Source: an uncultured virus (IMG/VR IMGVR_UViG_3300009593_000016) (taxonomy: Duplodnaviria; Heunggongvirae; Uroviricota; Caudoviricetes). From it: a stretch of 20,000 nt of DNA. The notes below the pieces were generated by a model. It did no database searches, had not been told where the DNA came from, and saw only the letters and a list, made by a program, of their open reading frames with translations. Location of the stretch: the IMG/VR virus record IMGVR_UViG_3300009593_000016, positions 57,080 to 77,079 of that record; one strand, 5' to 3'. Position numbers and translations under genes: made by a program. This document shows positions 1-7,800 of this stretch, piece after piece; position 1 is the first letter of the stretch; the number at the start of each line of letters is the position of its first letter.

Positions 1-241
1 TTTCGAGCATAATCGGTAGTCTATGGACTAAAACCGTTGCTCGGAGTGGATTCATTGCTTCTAGAGGTATTAGTGGTTGTGGTGGCCACCAACAAGTCTT
101 ATCTTTTATCGTAATACTATATGGAATCGGTGGAGATCCACAAGGTTGTGTACTATGAATAGTCGCAGGAATAGGTATCCCGTGTCCCGAACACGGAAGT
201 CCATTATGAAATGAAACTGGTCGTAAAACTCCTAATGCCAT
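1..241 (-). CDS. PAAR-like (gp5.4-like) baseplate spike tip protein, N-terminal part (runs off window)
   Basis: Hand translation from ATG at 241, coupled to the upstream stop (TAATG): MALGVLRPVSFHNGLPCSGHGIPIPATIHSTQPCGSPP...KTCWWPPQPLIP...ATVLVHRLPIMLE. The CSGHG, WPP and TVLV..LPI pattern is typical of cyanophage PAAR-like proteins. Confidence 0.65.
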   Translation of the reverse strand, partial: MALGVLRPVSFHNGLPCSGHGIPIPATIHSTQPCGSPPIPYSITIKDKTCWWPPQPLIPLEAMNPLRATVLVHRLPIMLE

Positions 242-3200
242 TACTTAACGTCAAATGTTAAATCGCACTCATCAAAATATGGGTTACCAAAAGTATTTAG
301 TGAATCGTCTAATAATGTTGCACCTGCGCCGCCCCAGTTCCTATAGTTGAGAGACCCCTCATAAGGTCCCATTTCCATATGATTCTCTGCATTAACCAAT
401 TTAGGGGGAACAGCAATTGCAGCGTGTGTAACCTCTTCTAGTGCCTTTCCACAAGGTGATGCTACAACAGGTGGTGAAGAACAAGGATTATCTGCTGCTA
501 TTGCATTACCATCGCTATCATAACCTGCATTTACATCCAAAACACCATCTACAACAAAATTGTGCCAGCACGGATTAGGGAATTTACCACCAGAACAACT
601 TGATAAGGTTACACTATTGTAGGTTACCTCATTAGTTTGTCCCGTAGGTTGACCGTTACCATCAACTTCTTGCTGTGTAATAGTCTGTGTAGCCCATCCA
701 GTGTAATTTCCCGCACCAGCCCACGTCTCAAACTGCTCAAGTTCGGTCATATTTGAAAGTCCGTAATCATATGTCTGCTCATCCCCTCCAATTGGAGCAA
801 AAGTGTACTGTCCTGGAGAAGATTCGTAACATCTTCCCTTTGCTTGACCATTACTACAAGGGTGTGAGTTCTTAATATCACCTGAAATCTCGGTAACACG
901 TGGTCTTAATGTGGCAGGATCACCCATACTCTTCAAGAAATTAAGAAAAGCGGTGTTTGTAGCTGCTCCAGCACCAGAAACATCACCTTCAAATTGTATA
1001 CTAACTCGAATTCTTGCCATTTCTCGCTTAGAACCGCAATATTTAAAGGGCATATACCCAAATACCTTCTCAACTCCGTTCTCATCTAATGAAGTATATG
1101 GACAAGGTATGTCAAAAAAGCGTCTAACCTGATACATTTTAGGTTGTCCCACCTCTACACATCCGCTAGGGTAGATTCCTGCCATCCCAGAAGACATTTT
1201 TTTCTCTACGGTACCTGAAACTGGTGCAGATTGCTTCCAAGTATTGCCAATCCACTCATTATTGGTGTTCCAATCTGGCGCAAGTGTCCTTAGTTGTCCA
1301 AAAACTGCCTCTTCATCCCAATTTCTAGCCCAATCTGTCCAACCTACACCTGAATCTGGCTGAAAACAGTTATTTGGAATAACTTCACCACAGAATTTCG
1401 TCTTTTCTTCTGTATCAACATCCGTCATTGTCAAATATCCACGCTTTACACTCGTTTCTTTGTTCTTATTGTACTCTTCGAACATACCTTGCATATCTTT
1501 TCTGTTCGATTCTAGTTTTTGGTTGGCTTCAGGAGCATCTCCACCAAATTTCTCAGTAGATTTAGCAAATTCTTCCTCATATGGCATATTTGCTTCACCC
1601 ACAAAGGTATCAACACGGGTATCTGACTCTCTATCAACCACAACAATACGAGGTACAAAGTTAGGAGGGTACCCATCACCAGCATCCGTAATTATAACTT
1701 GATCAATACAACCTAATTCATCCACTGTTGCTCTAACTTTAGCTTGTTTTAGCACTCCAGTGAAGTCTGACTCAGTAGTGTACTGTTGATTACTAATATC
1801 TGCAGCAGTTTGACGGAAATTATCTTCAGAACGTCCGTAATCAAGTGTATTAGTCATCTCTAACTGCACTTCTGTCGAAGAATCGCTAGTAAAAGACTCA
1901 TTTACGTTTTTTGCGGGATCTATGAACCCCTGATCACGTAAAACTTCGGGAATTTCAATAGAAATCTCTGGAGACTTGTATCCAGACCCCGCATTAATGA
2001 TTTGTATACTCGCTAACTTACCCTGAGCATTTGTAATTCCGTGCATTTCTGCTACATCAATAGATCTTTGAGGAATTAGTGCATCTGGGTCAACATTGAC
2101 TCTAGTATATGCTACTTTCTTCGGAAATTCATATACACCAAATACTGCACCTTTATCTTGTATACCAAAACCAGCTAGCGCAATAATAGTACCACTATTT
2201 TGTGAGGTATACGTATTATTGTACACAAATGCGCCACCATTGCCTTCTGCTTGTAATTGTGTCAATTCCATATACCCACAATTCATCTCATCACCAAAAT
2301 ATCGCACTGCAGTAATCATCCATCCGTTAATACGCTCTCCTATAGCAAAGAATCCCGTAGATGAAGTATATCTGAAGAATAAACGATGATCATCAGTACC
2401 AGCAGTCCAAAATGACTCTGCTCCACCTGGAGTTTGGTCTGGAACGTCCACAAATAGCCTTGTTTTCTTCGTTACCCACGCAGATTCCTTAATTTGGTAA
2501 TTATATGAGTGAAAATCACGTGTTACTGTACAAGGATCTTGATCATAATTTTGTTCGCAACAATTTGCATCAGAAGTAACCATATTGATGCCATATATGG
2601 GTCCATTCCACGGATATGACGCATCATAGAGGTAATATACGAATTGACCCTCAAAAGCGTCGTGAAAACCGAGGAATTTGGGCACAGCTGCCTTAACTGC
2701 CCCATTTTTGCCATAAAACCACTCAAAATGGGCAGAATCGGTCAATATTTCGGCATTATCGGGGTCTCCCCACCCTTTTACGCAAGGAACGTCCCCTTTT
2801 TCGAGCAAATAGTCGTCTTCAGTGAAGGTTCCGTTCTGTTGGTAGTCCCAATCGTACCATCCACTCCTATTAACTTCACCAGTGTCGTGTGGTTTTCCAA
2901 CTTCTATGATTCTTGCACTCTTTCTTGGTCCAGTTGAAGTCATCACATAACCCACTATCCCAACATATTGGTACTCTTCATTCATAGGCTCTTTGGGGTC
3001 AGCGACACCAGGAACACCTGTCTGAAGGTTAACCTCGAATTGTGGTCTTAGAGTATAGAAGTGATCTGGACCTTTGTAGTTGGCAGGAGCAAGGTACTCG
3101 TATAATGGTAAGACTTGTTCTCCTGGTACCAGTGTCCCAGATGCTACTGCTGCTGCTTCAGATGTGAAAATATGTCCTAGTAGTTCTTGTCCTGATCCTG

Positions 3201-4017
3201 TGGTCATATATGTGTCATTGCCTGTACCATTCCAATTATTGTATAACGGTGTAGTACCGCCTATTGGTTCATCCTCTACAGTGAAATAGAATTTACTCTT
3301 TTGTCTGGGTTCTCTATTGTATGATCTATGTTCGTGTTTGACCTCTCTTACCTCCTTCTCCTTATAGTATGCGTGATCTCTTAGCAATCCACTGTAGTAA
3401 CGGTATATTACTGTACGCTCTGTACCACACGTGTTACCAACACCTACGATCATTACTCGCGCATTACAATCACTGCCGTGGTTATCTTTGAAGCATAATT
3501 TCTTATTACTGTCCTGCACCAGAAGACCACCATAGCCTGTACCACCAGTTATAGTAGCATTGTATGTTGTACCACCTACTACGTTCATAGTAGCCGAAGC
3601 AGAACCAGAGTAGTTACTGCCTTGGGTAAATGTTATATCTCCGACTTGATACGTACCTAAAGCGGTACCTGCTGTATTTGGGTTATCACTCCACGCGAAA
3701 TCCAGTTGTATTGTACTATTACCAGTACCACCACATACAAGATTACCACTAGCATCAAATGTAGCGGTAACGTTAGTAGCATTATTACCAGGTAAGGGTA
3801 AGCATATCTCTTCCTTCTCTCCAATATAAAACACTTCATCTTTACCTAGGCGATATCCTCCCTCACCTTCTCCATCAAAGGTAATCTTATAATTTGCGGG
3901 TACGTTCTTTAATCCGTCATTAGGACCACCGCCACCATCATTATAGGTGACTTTATAGTCCTGTGAATCAATCGGGTTCTTGAAGCTCCTGCCCGTCTCT
4001 AGGATGTACGCTGGCAA
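241..4017 (-). CDS. Large virion structural protein (1258 aa), probably tail/baseplate-associated
   Basis: Long G/T/N/C-rich ORF. It has I.I..AGxGY repeats (IQIINAGSGY, VIITDAGDGY) common in cyanomyovirus structural proteins and DUF5648-like repeats (IYRYY..RDHAY, PLYEY..DHFYT..YQYVGIVGYV). A late promoter sits just upstream of the TTG start, and the gene is coupled to the PAAR-like gene. Confidence 0.75.
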   Translation of the reverse strand: MPAYILETGRSFKNPIDSQDYKVTYNDGGGGPNDGLKNVPANYKITFDGEGEGGYRLGKDEVFYIGEKEEICLPLPGNNATNVTATFDASGNLVCGGTGNSTIQLDFAWSDNPNTAGTALGTYQVGDITFTQGSNYSGSASATMNVVGGTTYNATITGGTGYGGLLVQDSNKKLCFKDNHGSDCNARVMIVGVGNTCGTERTVIYRYYSGLLRDHAYYKEKEVREVKHEHRSYNREPRQKSKFYFTVEDEPIGGTTPLYNNWNGTGNDTYMTTGSGQELLGHIFTSEAAAVASGTLVPGEQVLPLYEYLAPANYKGPDHFYTLRPQFEVNLQTGVPGVADPKEPMNEEYQYVGIVGYVMTSTGPRKSARIIEVGKPHDTGEVNRSGWYDWDYQQNGTFTEDDYLLEKGDVPCVKGWGDPDNAEILTDSAHFEWFYGKNGAVKAAVPKFLGFHDAFEGQFVYYLYDASYPWNGPIYGINMVTSDANCCEQNYDQDPCTVTRDFHSYNYQIKESAWVTKKTRLFVDVPDQTPGGAESFWTAGTDDHRLFFRYTSSTGFFAIGERINGWMITAVRYFGDEMNCGYMELTQLQAEGNGGAFVYNNTYTSQNSGTIIALAGFGIQDKGAVFGVYEFPKKVAYTRVNVDPDALIPQRSIDVAEMHGITNAQGKLASIQIINAGSGYKSPEISIEIPEVLRDQGFIDPAKNVNESFTSDSSTEVQLEMTNTLDYGRSEDNFRQTAADISNQQYTTESDFTGVLKQAKVRATVDELGCIDQVIITDAGDGYPPNFVPRIVVVDRESDTRVDTFVGEANMPYEEEFAKSTEKFGGDAPEANQKLESNRKDMQGMFEEYNKNKETSVKRGYLTMTDVDTEEKTKFCGEVIPNNCFQPDSGVGWTDWARNWDEEAVFGQLRTLAPDWNTNNEWIGNTWKQSAPVSGTVEKKMSSGMAGIYPSGCVEVGQPKMYQVRRFFDIPCPYTSLDENGVEKVFGYMPFKYCGSKREMARIRVSIQFEGDVSGAGAATNTAFLNFLKSMGDPATLRPRVTEISGDIKNSHPCSNGQAKGRCYESSPGQYTFAPIGGDEQTYDYGLSNMTELEQFETWAGAGNYTGWATQTITQQEVDGNGQPTGQTNEVTYNSVTLSSCSGGKFPNPCWHNFVVDGVLDVNAGYDSDGNAIAADNPCSSPPVVASPCGKALEEVTHAAIAVPPKLVNAENHMEMGPYEGSLNYRNWGGAGATLLDDSLNTFGNPYFDECDLTFDVK
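294..301 (-). promoter_or_regulatory. T4-type late promoter (ACTAAATA) upstream of the PAAR-like gene
   Basis: Plus-strand tatttagt at 294-301, about 50 nt upstream of the ATG at 241. Confidence 0.5.
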
Positions 4018-4312
4018 GTTGGTCTATACGCTGTTCAAGAGTATTTAGTCTGTCGAATAGAGTATCAAATAACTGAGTTAGGTTACTATGTTTATCATCT
4101 CCAGGTATCTTATACTGTATCATATCTGCACCACGTCCTAACATCTGCTCCATACCTGCTATACGTTCAGCTAGGTTAGTTGCAGTCTTTGCTATCATCT
4201 CAAATCTCCATTCGTTCTCTTCCTCTATATTAGCGAACTCAGGGATCTGTACCTGGGGTTGAGCAGGTTGTTGGTAGTTTGGTTGTTGATCACTAGGATA
4301 CTTTATGTCCAT
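3968..4312 (-). CDS. Hypothetical cyanophage protein (114 aa, coiled-coil-like)
   Basis: ORF track; TAATG coupling with the upstream oxygenase; heptad-like C-terminus (LFDTLFDRLNTLEQRI). Confidence 0.8.
   Translation of the reverse strand: MDIKYPSDQQPNYQQPAQPQVQIPEFANIEEENEWRFEMIAKTATNLAERIAGMEQMLGRGADMIQYKIPGDDKHSNLTQLFDTLFDRLNTLEQRIDQLASVHPRDGQELQEPD
4042..4049 (-). promoter_or_regulatory. T4-type late promoter (ACTAAATA) nested inside the 114-aa gene
   Basis: Plus-strand tatttagt at 4042-4049, 24 nt upstream of the TTG start at 4017. Confidence 0.6.
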
Positions 4313-4884
4313 TAGAAATAATTAATGTTGAGTACAACACGGAATTTCTCATCCGTGCAAGATGTTCCAGCGTGCGGAGTACCTACGGGGAACTTAATCA
4401 CCCTATTAGCAACCGACTCTACCTTGGGACCATCCTGGAAGAATGTATATCCATTATTATCATTTAGGTAGAAGATTGCTGTTGTAGCACCACAAAACTC
4501 ATCTGAACCATACTCTCCACAGTCAGTATGGTAATCATATTCTATCATATTATCAGTATGGTGGTTTAGGTTTGCTTTTATTCTTATCAGTGCTCTGGGC
4601 TTCAATGCATTAATTATAGGTAACAGGTATTCGTAAAACTCGTTCTGGGGTTGTCCTCCTGCATACAGATAGTTTACCATCTGCCAATTATAGATCTCCT
4701 TCGCTTGTAACTCAGGATCTACCATACGTGCTACGTGCATCACCTTCGCTTGGTTCACATACCACGGAAAGTCCTGCCCACAGAAGCACGCTTGCATCTT
4801 AAGAAACTCTTCCGTTTTAAGGAAGTTATCTTTCTTCAGGATAATATTATCCTTTACTATATCAACAGTTTCGAAAATTTCCAT
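4312..4884 (-). CDS. 2OG-Fe(II) oxygenase superfamily protein
   Basis: HxD (YHTD), AIFYLNDNNGYT.F, distal His (TPHAG) and 2OG-binding RVVLNINYF. The start is more likely the ATG at 4884 than the GTG at 4911. Confidence 0.88.
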   Translation of the reverse strand: MEIFETVDIVKDNIILKKDNFLKTEEFLKMQACFCGQDFPWYVNQAKVMHVARMVDPELQAKEIYNWQMVNYLYAGGQPQNEFYEYLLPIINALKPRALIRIKANLNHHTDNMIEYDYHTDCGEYGSDEFCGATTAIFYLNDNNGYTFFQDGPKVESVANRVIKFPVGTPHAGTSCTDEKFRVVLNINYF

Positions 4885-4927
4885 AATAGTTACGACGCTC
4901 GCGGGGTACACTTCAAAGGGTATTAGT

Positions 4928-5113
4928 TTATTCTAAGAAATCATCGCCAGCCTCCAATTTCTCTCGTATACTTCTCCACGTTGCTTGTACCTTTCTAAGG
5001 GGGTTTCCACCACAAACTTCAGCCTTATACAACAGACACCACTTGCCTGAATTGCAAATAAGCTGACGTTCTTCCTTTGTAAAAGTGGCTGTCCACTCAG
5101 TCTGGTCGGGCAT
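4928..5113 (-). CDS. Hypothetical protein (61 aa)
   Basis: ORF track; ATG preceded by AAAGG; an extended -10 promoter lies upstream. Confidence 0.65.
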   Translation of the reverse strand: MPDQTEWTATFTKEERQLICNSGKWCLLYKAEVCGGNPLRKVQATWRSIREKLEAGDDFLE

Positions 5114-5134
5114 CCTTTAAACAATCACAGAATC

Positions 5135-5163
5135 ATTATAACACATAATTGAGTGTTAGTCAG
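5135..5163 (-). promoter_or_regulatory. sigma70-like extended -10 promoter
   Basis: Minus strand CTGACT-N17-TATAAT with TGn extension (TGTTATAAT). Confidence 0.55.
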
Positions 5164-5320
5164 TATCTTTGACAAATTTGGCAGTACTGTCATCAATCTC
5201 ATATGTGAGGACATCAGATGGTAACCATCCCAAATCTTCGGTTAAGTCATCTGGTAGAATGATGTACAATTCGCCTGTGTGATCGTTTTCTTGGATTGTA
5301 GTAGTAAATCTTCTAGACAT
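5156..5320 (-). CDS. AbrB/MazE/SpoVT-like small DNA-binding protein (54 aa; not in ORF track)
   Basis: Hand translation: MSRRFTTTIQENDHTGELYIILPDDLTEDLGWLPSDVLTYEIDDSTAKFVKDTD. The G.LYI.LP..L...LGW...D.L..E pattern fits the swapped-hairpin fold. It overlaps the NlpC stop by 8 nt. Confidence 0.7.
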   Translation of the reverse strand: MSRRFTTTIQENDHTGELYIILPDDLTEDLGWLPSDVLTYEIDDSTAKFVKDTD

Positions 5321-5732
5321 TCTTTTTTCGTATTACATACCTGATCAAAGGTATATAGGTATCTATCTTTTCAACTTTACTGATATCATATGCTTTATGG
5401 TGTATCATATACCTGTCTCCGATATACGCTGCACCGTGTGAAACTCTTTTTCCTGTGAAGTCCATTAGCAACAAATCGAAGACGTTAAGAGAATCTACGT
5501 CTAGGGTATCCTTCGAACTGTCATAGGTACACTCCCAGTCTTCTCCTTCCCACAGATCCTTCATAAAACGTCTAGCGGTGAAAGAGTAGTCTTCTTTACA
5601 TTCGTGGTAACCGAGGTCTACACCCATATCGTACAATAGCGTGAAGCATCCCCCACCCTTCTGTTTCTTCCAAGGGCGACCAAGGTACTTCGAGTACTGC
5701 TCCTCATATTTTTTGATTAACTTATCTGACAT
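5313..5732 (-). CDS. NlpC/P60-family cysteine peptidase
   Basis: YLGRPW..GGGCFTLL (catalytic Cys), DLLLM....SHGAAYIGDRYMIHH (His, His). Confidence 0.85.
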   Translation of the reverse strand: MSDKLIKKYEEQYSKYLGRPWKKQKGGGCFTLLYDMGVDLGYHECKEDYSFTARRFMKDLWEGEDWECTYDSSKDTLDVDSLNVFDLLLMDFTGKRVSHGAAYIGDRYMIHHKAYDISKVEKIDTYIPLIRYVIRKKNV

Positions 5733-5876
5733 TTTTTACCCTGGGAAATTTTTTTGTATATAGGGGGACCCTAATCGCGATTTCGATAATATGCTCGTCC
5801 CTATACTTTTGTAGGTTACACTAATGCAACTTTTTTAATATGCCAAAATGTTACTTAGTGCCTACACGAGTTTGTG

Positions 5877-6110
5877 TTACTCTGCCTCATCATATTGCAC
5901 GTCATAACATAACCCTTCCGCTATGAAATAGTCACACAGTTGTTGATACTGAAGGAGTTCATTATGTAGGTCACAATCTATTAAGAACTGTGCACACTCT
6001 ATTTGTTCATCAGGTGGCAAATTACCCTCATCAAGTAACTCTAACCACACTGCAATCTTACTGGGAATGTGTGTAGTCAATGTCCAAATCTCCAAAGGAT
6101 TGATCTTCAT
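5877..6110 (-). CDS. Hypothetical protein (acidic, up to 77 aa)
   Basis: ORF track; start uncertain. Confidence 0.65.
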   Translation of the reverse strand: MKINPLEIWTLTTHIPSKIAVWLELLDEGNLPPDEQIECAQFLIDCDLHNELLQYQQLCDYFIAEGLCYDVQYDEAE

Positions 6111-6204
6111 ATTCTATCATAGATTGTCCATCTTCGCTATCATCTTCATCTAACATATTGTCAATCCAATCTTTACTATTAATAAGGCGTAATTTGTCAT
6201 CCAT
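6058..6204 (-). CDS. Small acidic hypothetical protein (48 aa)
   Basis: Likely start at ATG 6204 (MDDKLRL...EYEDQSFGDLDIDYTHSQ), with GAGG upstream. Confidence 0.55.
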   Translation of the reverse strand: MDDKLRLINSKDWIDNMLDEDDSEDGQSMIEYEDQSFGDLDIDYTHSQ

Positions 6205-6382
6205 TTGTGTTACCCTCAGTGTTGTAATTAGTGTTTGATTGTTGATACTCACTGCTCTCATAATGCGTGGAGTTTGTGTTAGTAACTCGACCCTTATTAC
6301 GGTTCGAATTGTTTCTCTTTTCCCTCAAAGATTTAGGTCTATTTGACTTATACGTGTCGTTACGTTTGTAAGTCCTTCCCAT
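6197..6382 (-). CDS. Small basic hypothetical protein (MGRTYKRN...)
   Basis: K/R/N-rich ORF directly downstream of a near-consensus sigma70 promoter; start 6382 or 6397. Confidence 0.65.
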   Translation of the reverse strand: MGRTYKRNDTYKSNRPKSLREKRNNSNRNKGRVTNTNSTHYESSEYQQSNTNYNTEGNTNG

Positions 6383-6424
6383 TGGAAATTGTGCCACTAT
6401 GTGACATTGTAGTGTACAACGCTA

Positions 6425-6453
6425 ATTATACAGAATTAAAGGCATATTGTAAA
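6425..6453 (-). promoter_or_regulatory. sigma70-type promoter
   Basis: Minus strand TTTACA-N17-TATAAT. Confidence 0.75.
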
Positions 6454-6488
6454 CCCTTTTGTGTCATTTTGTGTACATCCCCTATGTG

Positions 6489-6517
6489 TTGACAACTCGT
6501 GCGTTACTAGATAGACT
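6489..6517 (+). promoter_or_regulatory. Divergent plus-strand sigma70-type promoter with no downstream ORF
   Basis: TTGACA (6489-6494)-N17-TAGACT (6512-6517). Confidence 0.6.
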
Positions 6518-6600
6518 CCTAAGGTTGCTAATCCTCCGCTAGTTTATAACATTTAGTATGACCTTATTGTAGTGCTTATTATATACTTAATAGTACATAG

Positions 6601-6644
6601 TTTTCCACAATTAGATGATACTTTTCCACACATATTGTGGAAGA
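6601..6644. repeat. Cluster of cyanobacterial-type DnaA-box-like 9-mers
   Basis: TTTTCCACA at 6601-6609 and 6622-6630, plus inverted TGTGGAAGA at 6636-6644, within an AT-rich intergenic tract. Confidence 0.6.
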
Positions 6645-6721
6645 GATAAAATTACATAGTATATTTAATTTACCATTTATTTATTATAGCGGGGGATACT
6701 AATATGGGGGTCTATTTGATA

Positions 6722-7054
6722 CTAACTCCACTTGAGATTGTTATAATTATCATTCAATTTATCACCGTCTATATGTAAAACATTCCTGCAATCGTTCGTA
6801 GTTGGTATAAATGCGGAAGCACATAATCGGGCAATTCTTCTTACTACGGTCTTACCATTTTGTCTTAATGTAACACGTCTATATCCATTTTCATTTAAAT
6901 GTGTCTTTAATTGCCTCCATTTTCCATACTTAGCAGAATAAACTGTACCATCGCTATCTATAAAATAGTCCTCGTAATCTGGTATCTGTTTGTATACATT
7001 ACCATCAGCATCTTTGTAGGTGTTGTTGTCAACTTTAGTGAATAAGTAAGTCAT
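6722..7054 (-). CDS. NUMOD4 + HNH endonuclease-like protein, C-terminally truncated or degenerate
   Basis: KQIPDYEDYFIDSDGTVYS (NUMOD4), GYRRVTL, IARLCASAFI, VLHIDGDKLNDNYNNLKWS-stop. Confidence 0.8.
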   Translation of the reverse strand: MTYLFTKVDNNTYKDADGNVYKQIPDYEDYFIDSDGTVYSAKYGKWRQLKTHLNENGYRRVTLRQNGKTVVRRIARLCASAFIPTTNDCRNVLHIDGDKLNDNYNNLKWS

Positions 7055-7071
7055 TTGATTAATACCTCATT

Positions 7072-7710
7072 TCAAAAAGGGGCGACGTTAAATGTTAACG
7101 AAATACGATTAGGATGCCCATTTCCTTCATATCCGTGTTGCATATTTGGGGGGTGAATGATAACATCTCCCTCGTTATATGGTACAGTACAATCTAATTG
7201 ATTGAACGCATTTTGTGCTGTGTTGTTAACAACAACTACAGGGTAATGTGTGCTGCTACAATGTCTACGAAATTTCATCATTGCGTGCTTAGATGGATCG
7301 AAGTTCACGAAATATGTGCCACTATATAACACATTGCTGTGCTCGTGTGGTGCATACATAGACCCCTCATTACCCAATTCTAAGTATGAATCAGTGAGTT
7401 TAATTGTATCGCCTAAATCATATGCTAGTGCGTCCTTATTAGTCTTACTAATTGCCTCTAATATCATTTCCTTGATATCACTTAGTTCAGGCAATTCTAG
7501 GACATTGTTAACACCTAACTGCGATACTTTATGACTGATAGCATATCTTTTATTATCGCTAATTTCAGTTAATGATGATATGTAATCCAGGAGGATTTGC
7601 TTGTGTTCAGTATGATTTTGATTGGTAAATCGTCCCACTGGTTGCATAAACAATCCATAGACAGTTGGGTTCGCTATTTGTTCTAAACTGTCACTTAATT
7701 CTTCGCTCAT
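7072..7710 (-). CDS. Putative 2OG-Fe(II) oxygenase (TIGR02466/2OG-FeII_Oxy_5-like)
   Basis: PHEHSNVLYSGTYFV (HxH), EGDVIIHPPNMQHGY, RISLTFNV. Confidence 0.85.
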   Translation of the reverse strand: MSEELSDSLEQIANPTVYGLFMQPVGRFTNQNHTEHKQILLDYISSLTEISDNKRYAISHKVSQLGVNNVLELPELSDIKEMILEAISKTNKDALAYDLGDTIKLTDSYLELGNEGSMYAPHEHSNVLYSGTYFVNFDPSKHAMMKFRRHCSSTHYPVVVVNNTAQNAFNQLDCTVPYNEGDVIIHPPNMQHGYEGNGHPNRISLTFNVAPF

Positions 7711-7734
7711 TGTTGTTAATTATAAAAGGACAAT

Positions 7735-7763
7735 AAAAAAGAGGGAAATATTTAATTCCCTCT
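7735..7763 (-). terminator. Rho-independent terminator
   Basis: AGAGGGAA-N8-TTCCCTCT stem followed by a T-run on the minus strand. Confidence 0.7.
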
Positions 7764-7793
7764 ATTATATAGTACTGATTGATACCTTGTCAA
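7764..7793 (-). promoter_or_regulatory. Consensus sigma70 promoter
   Basis: Minus strand TTGACA-N18-TATAAT, abutting the terminator hairpin. Confidence 0.7.
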
Positions 7794-7800
7794 CTGTGAT

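Noticed and set aside
2685..2690. CAGCTG (PvuII site) as a clue to nuclease specificity
   Set aside because: One noticed site says nothing about avoidance without genome-wide counts, and the recognition segment of the protein differs from PvuII.
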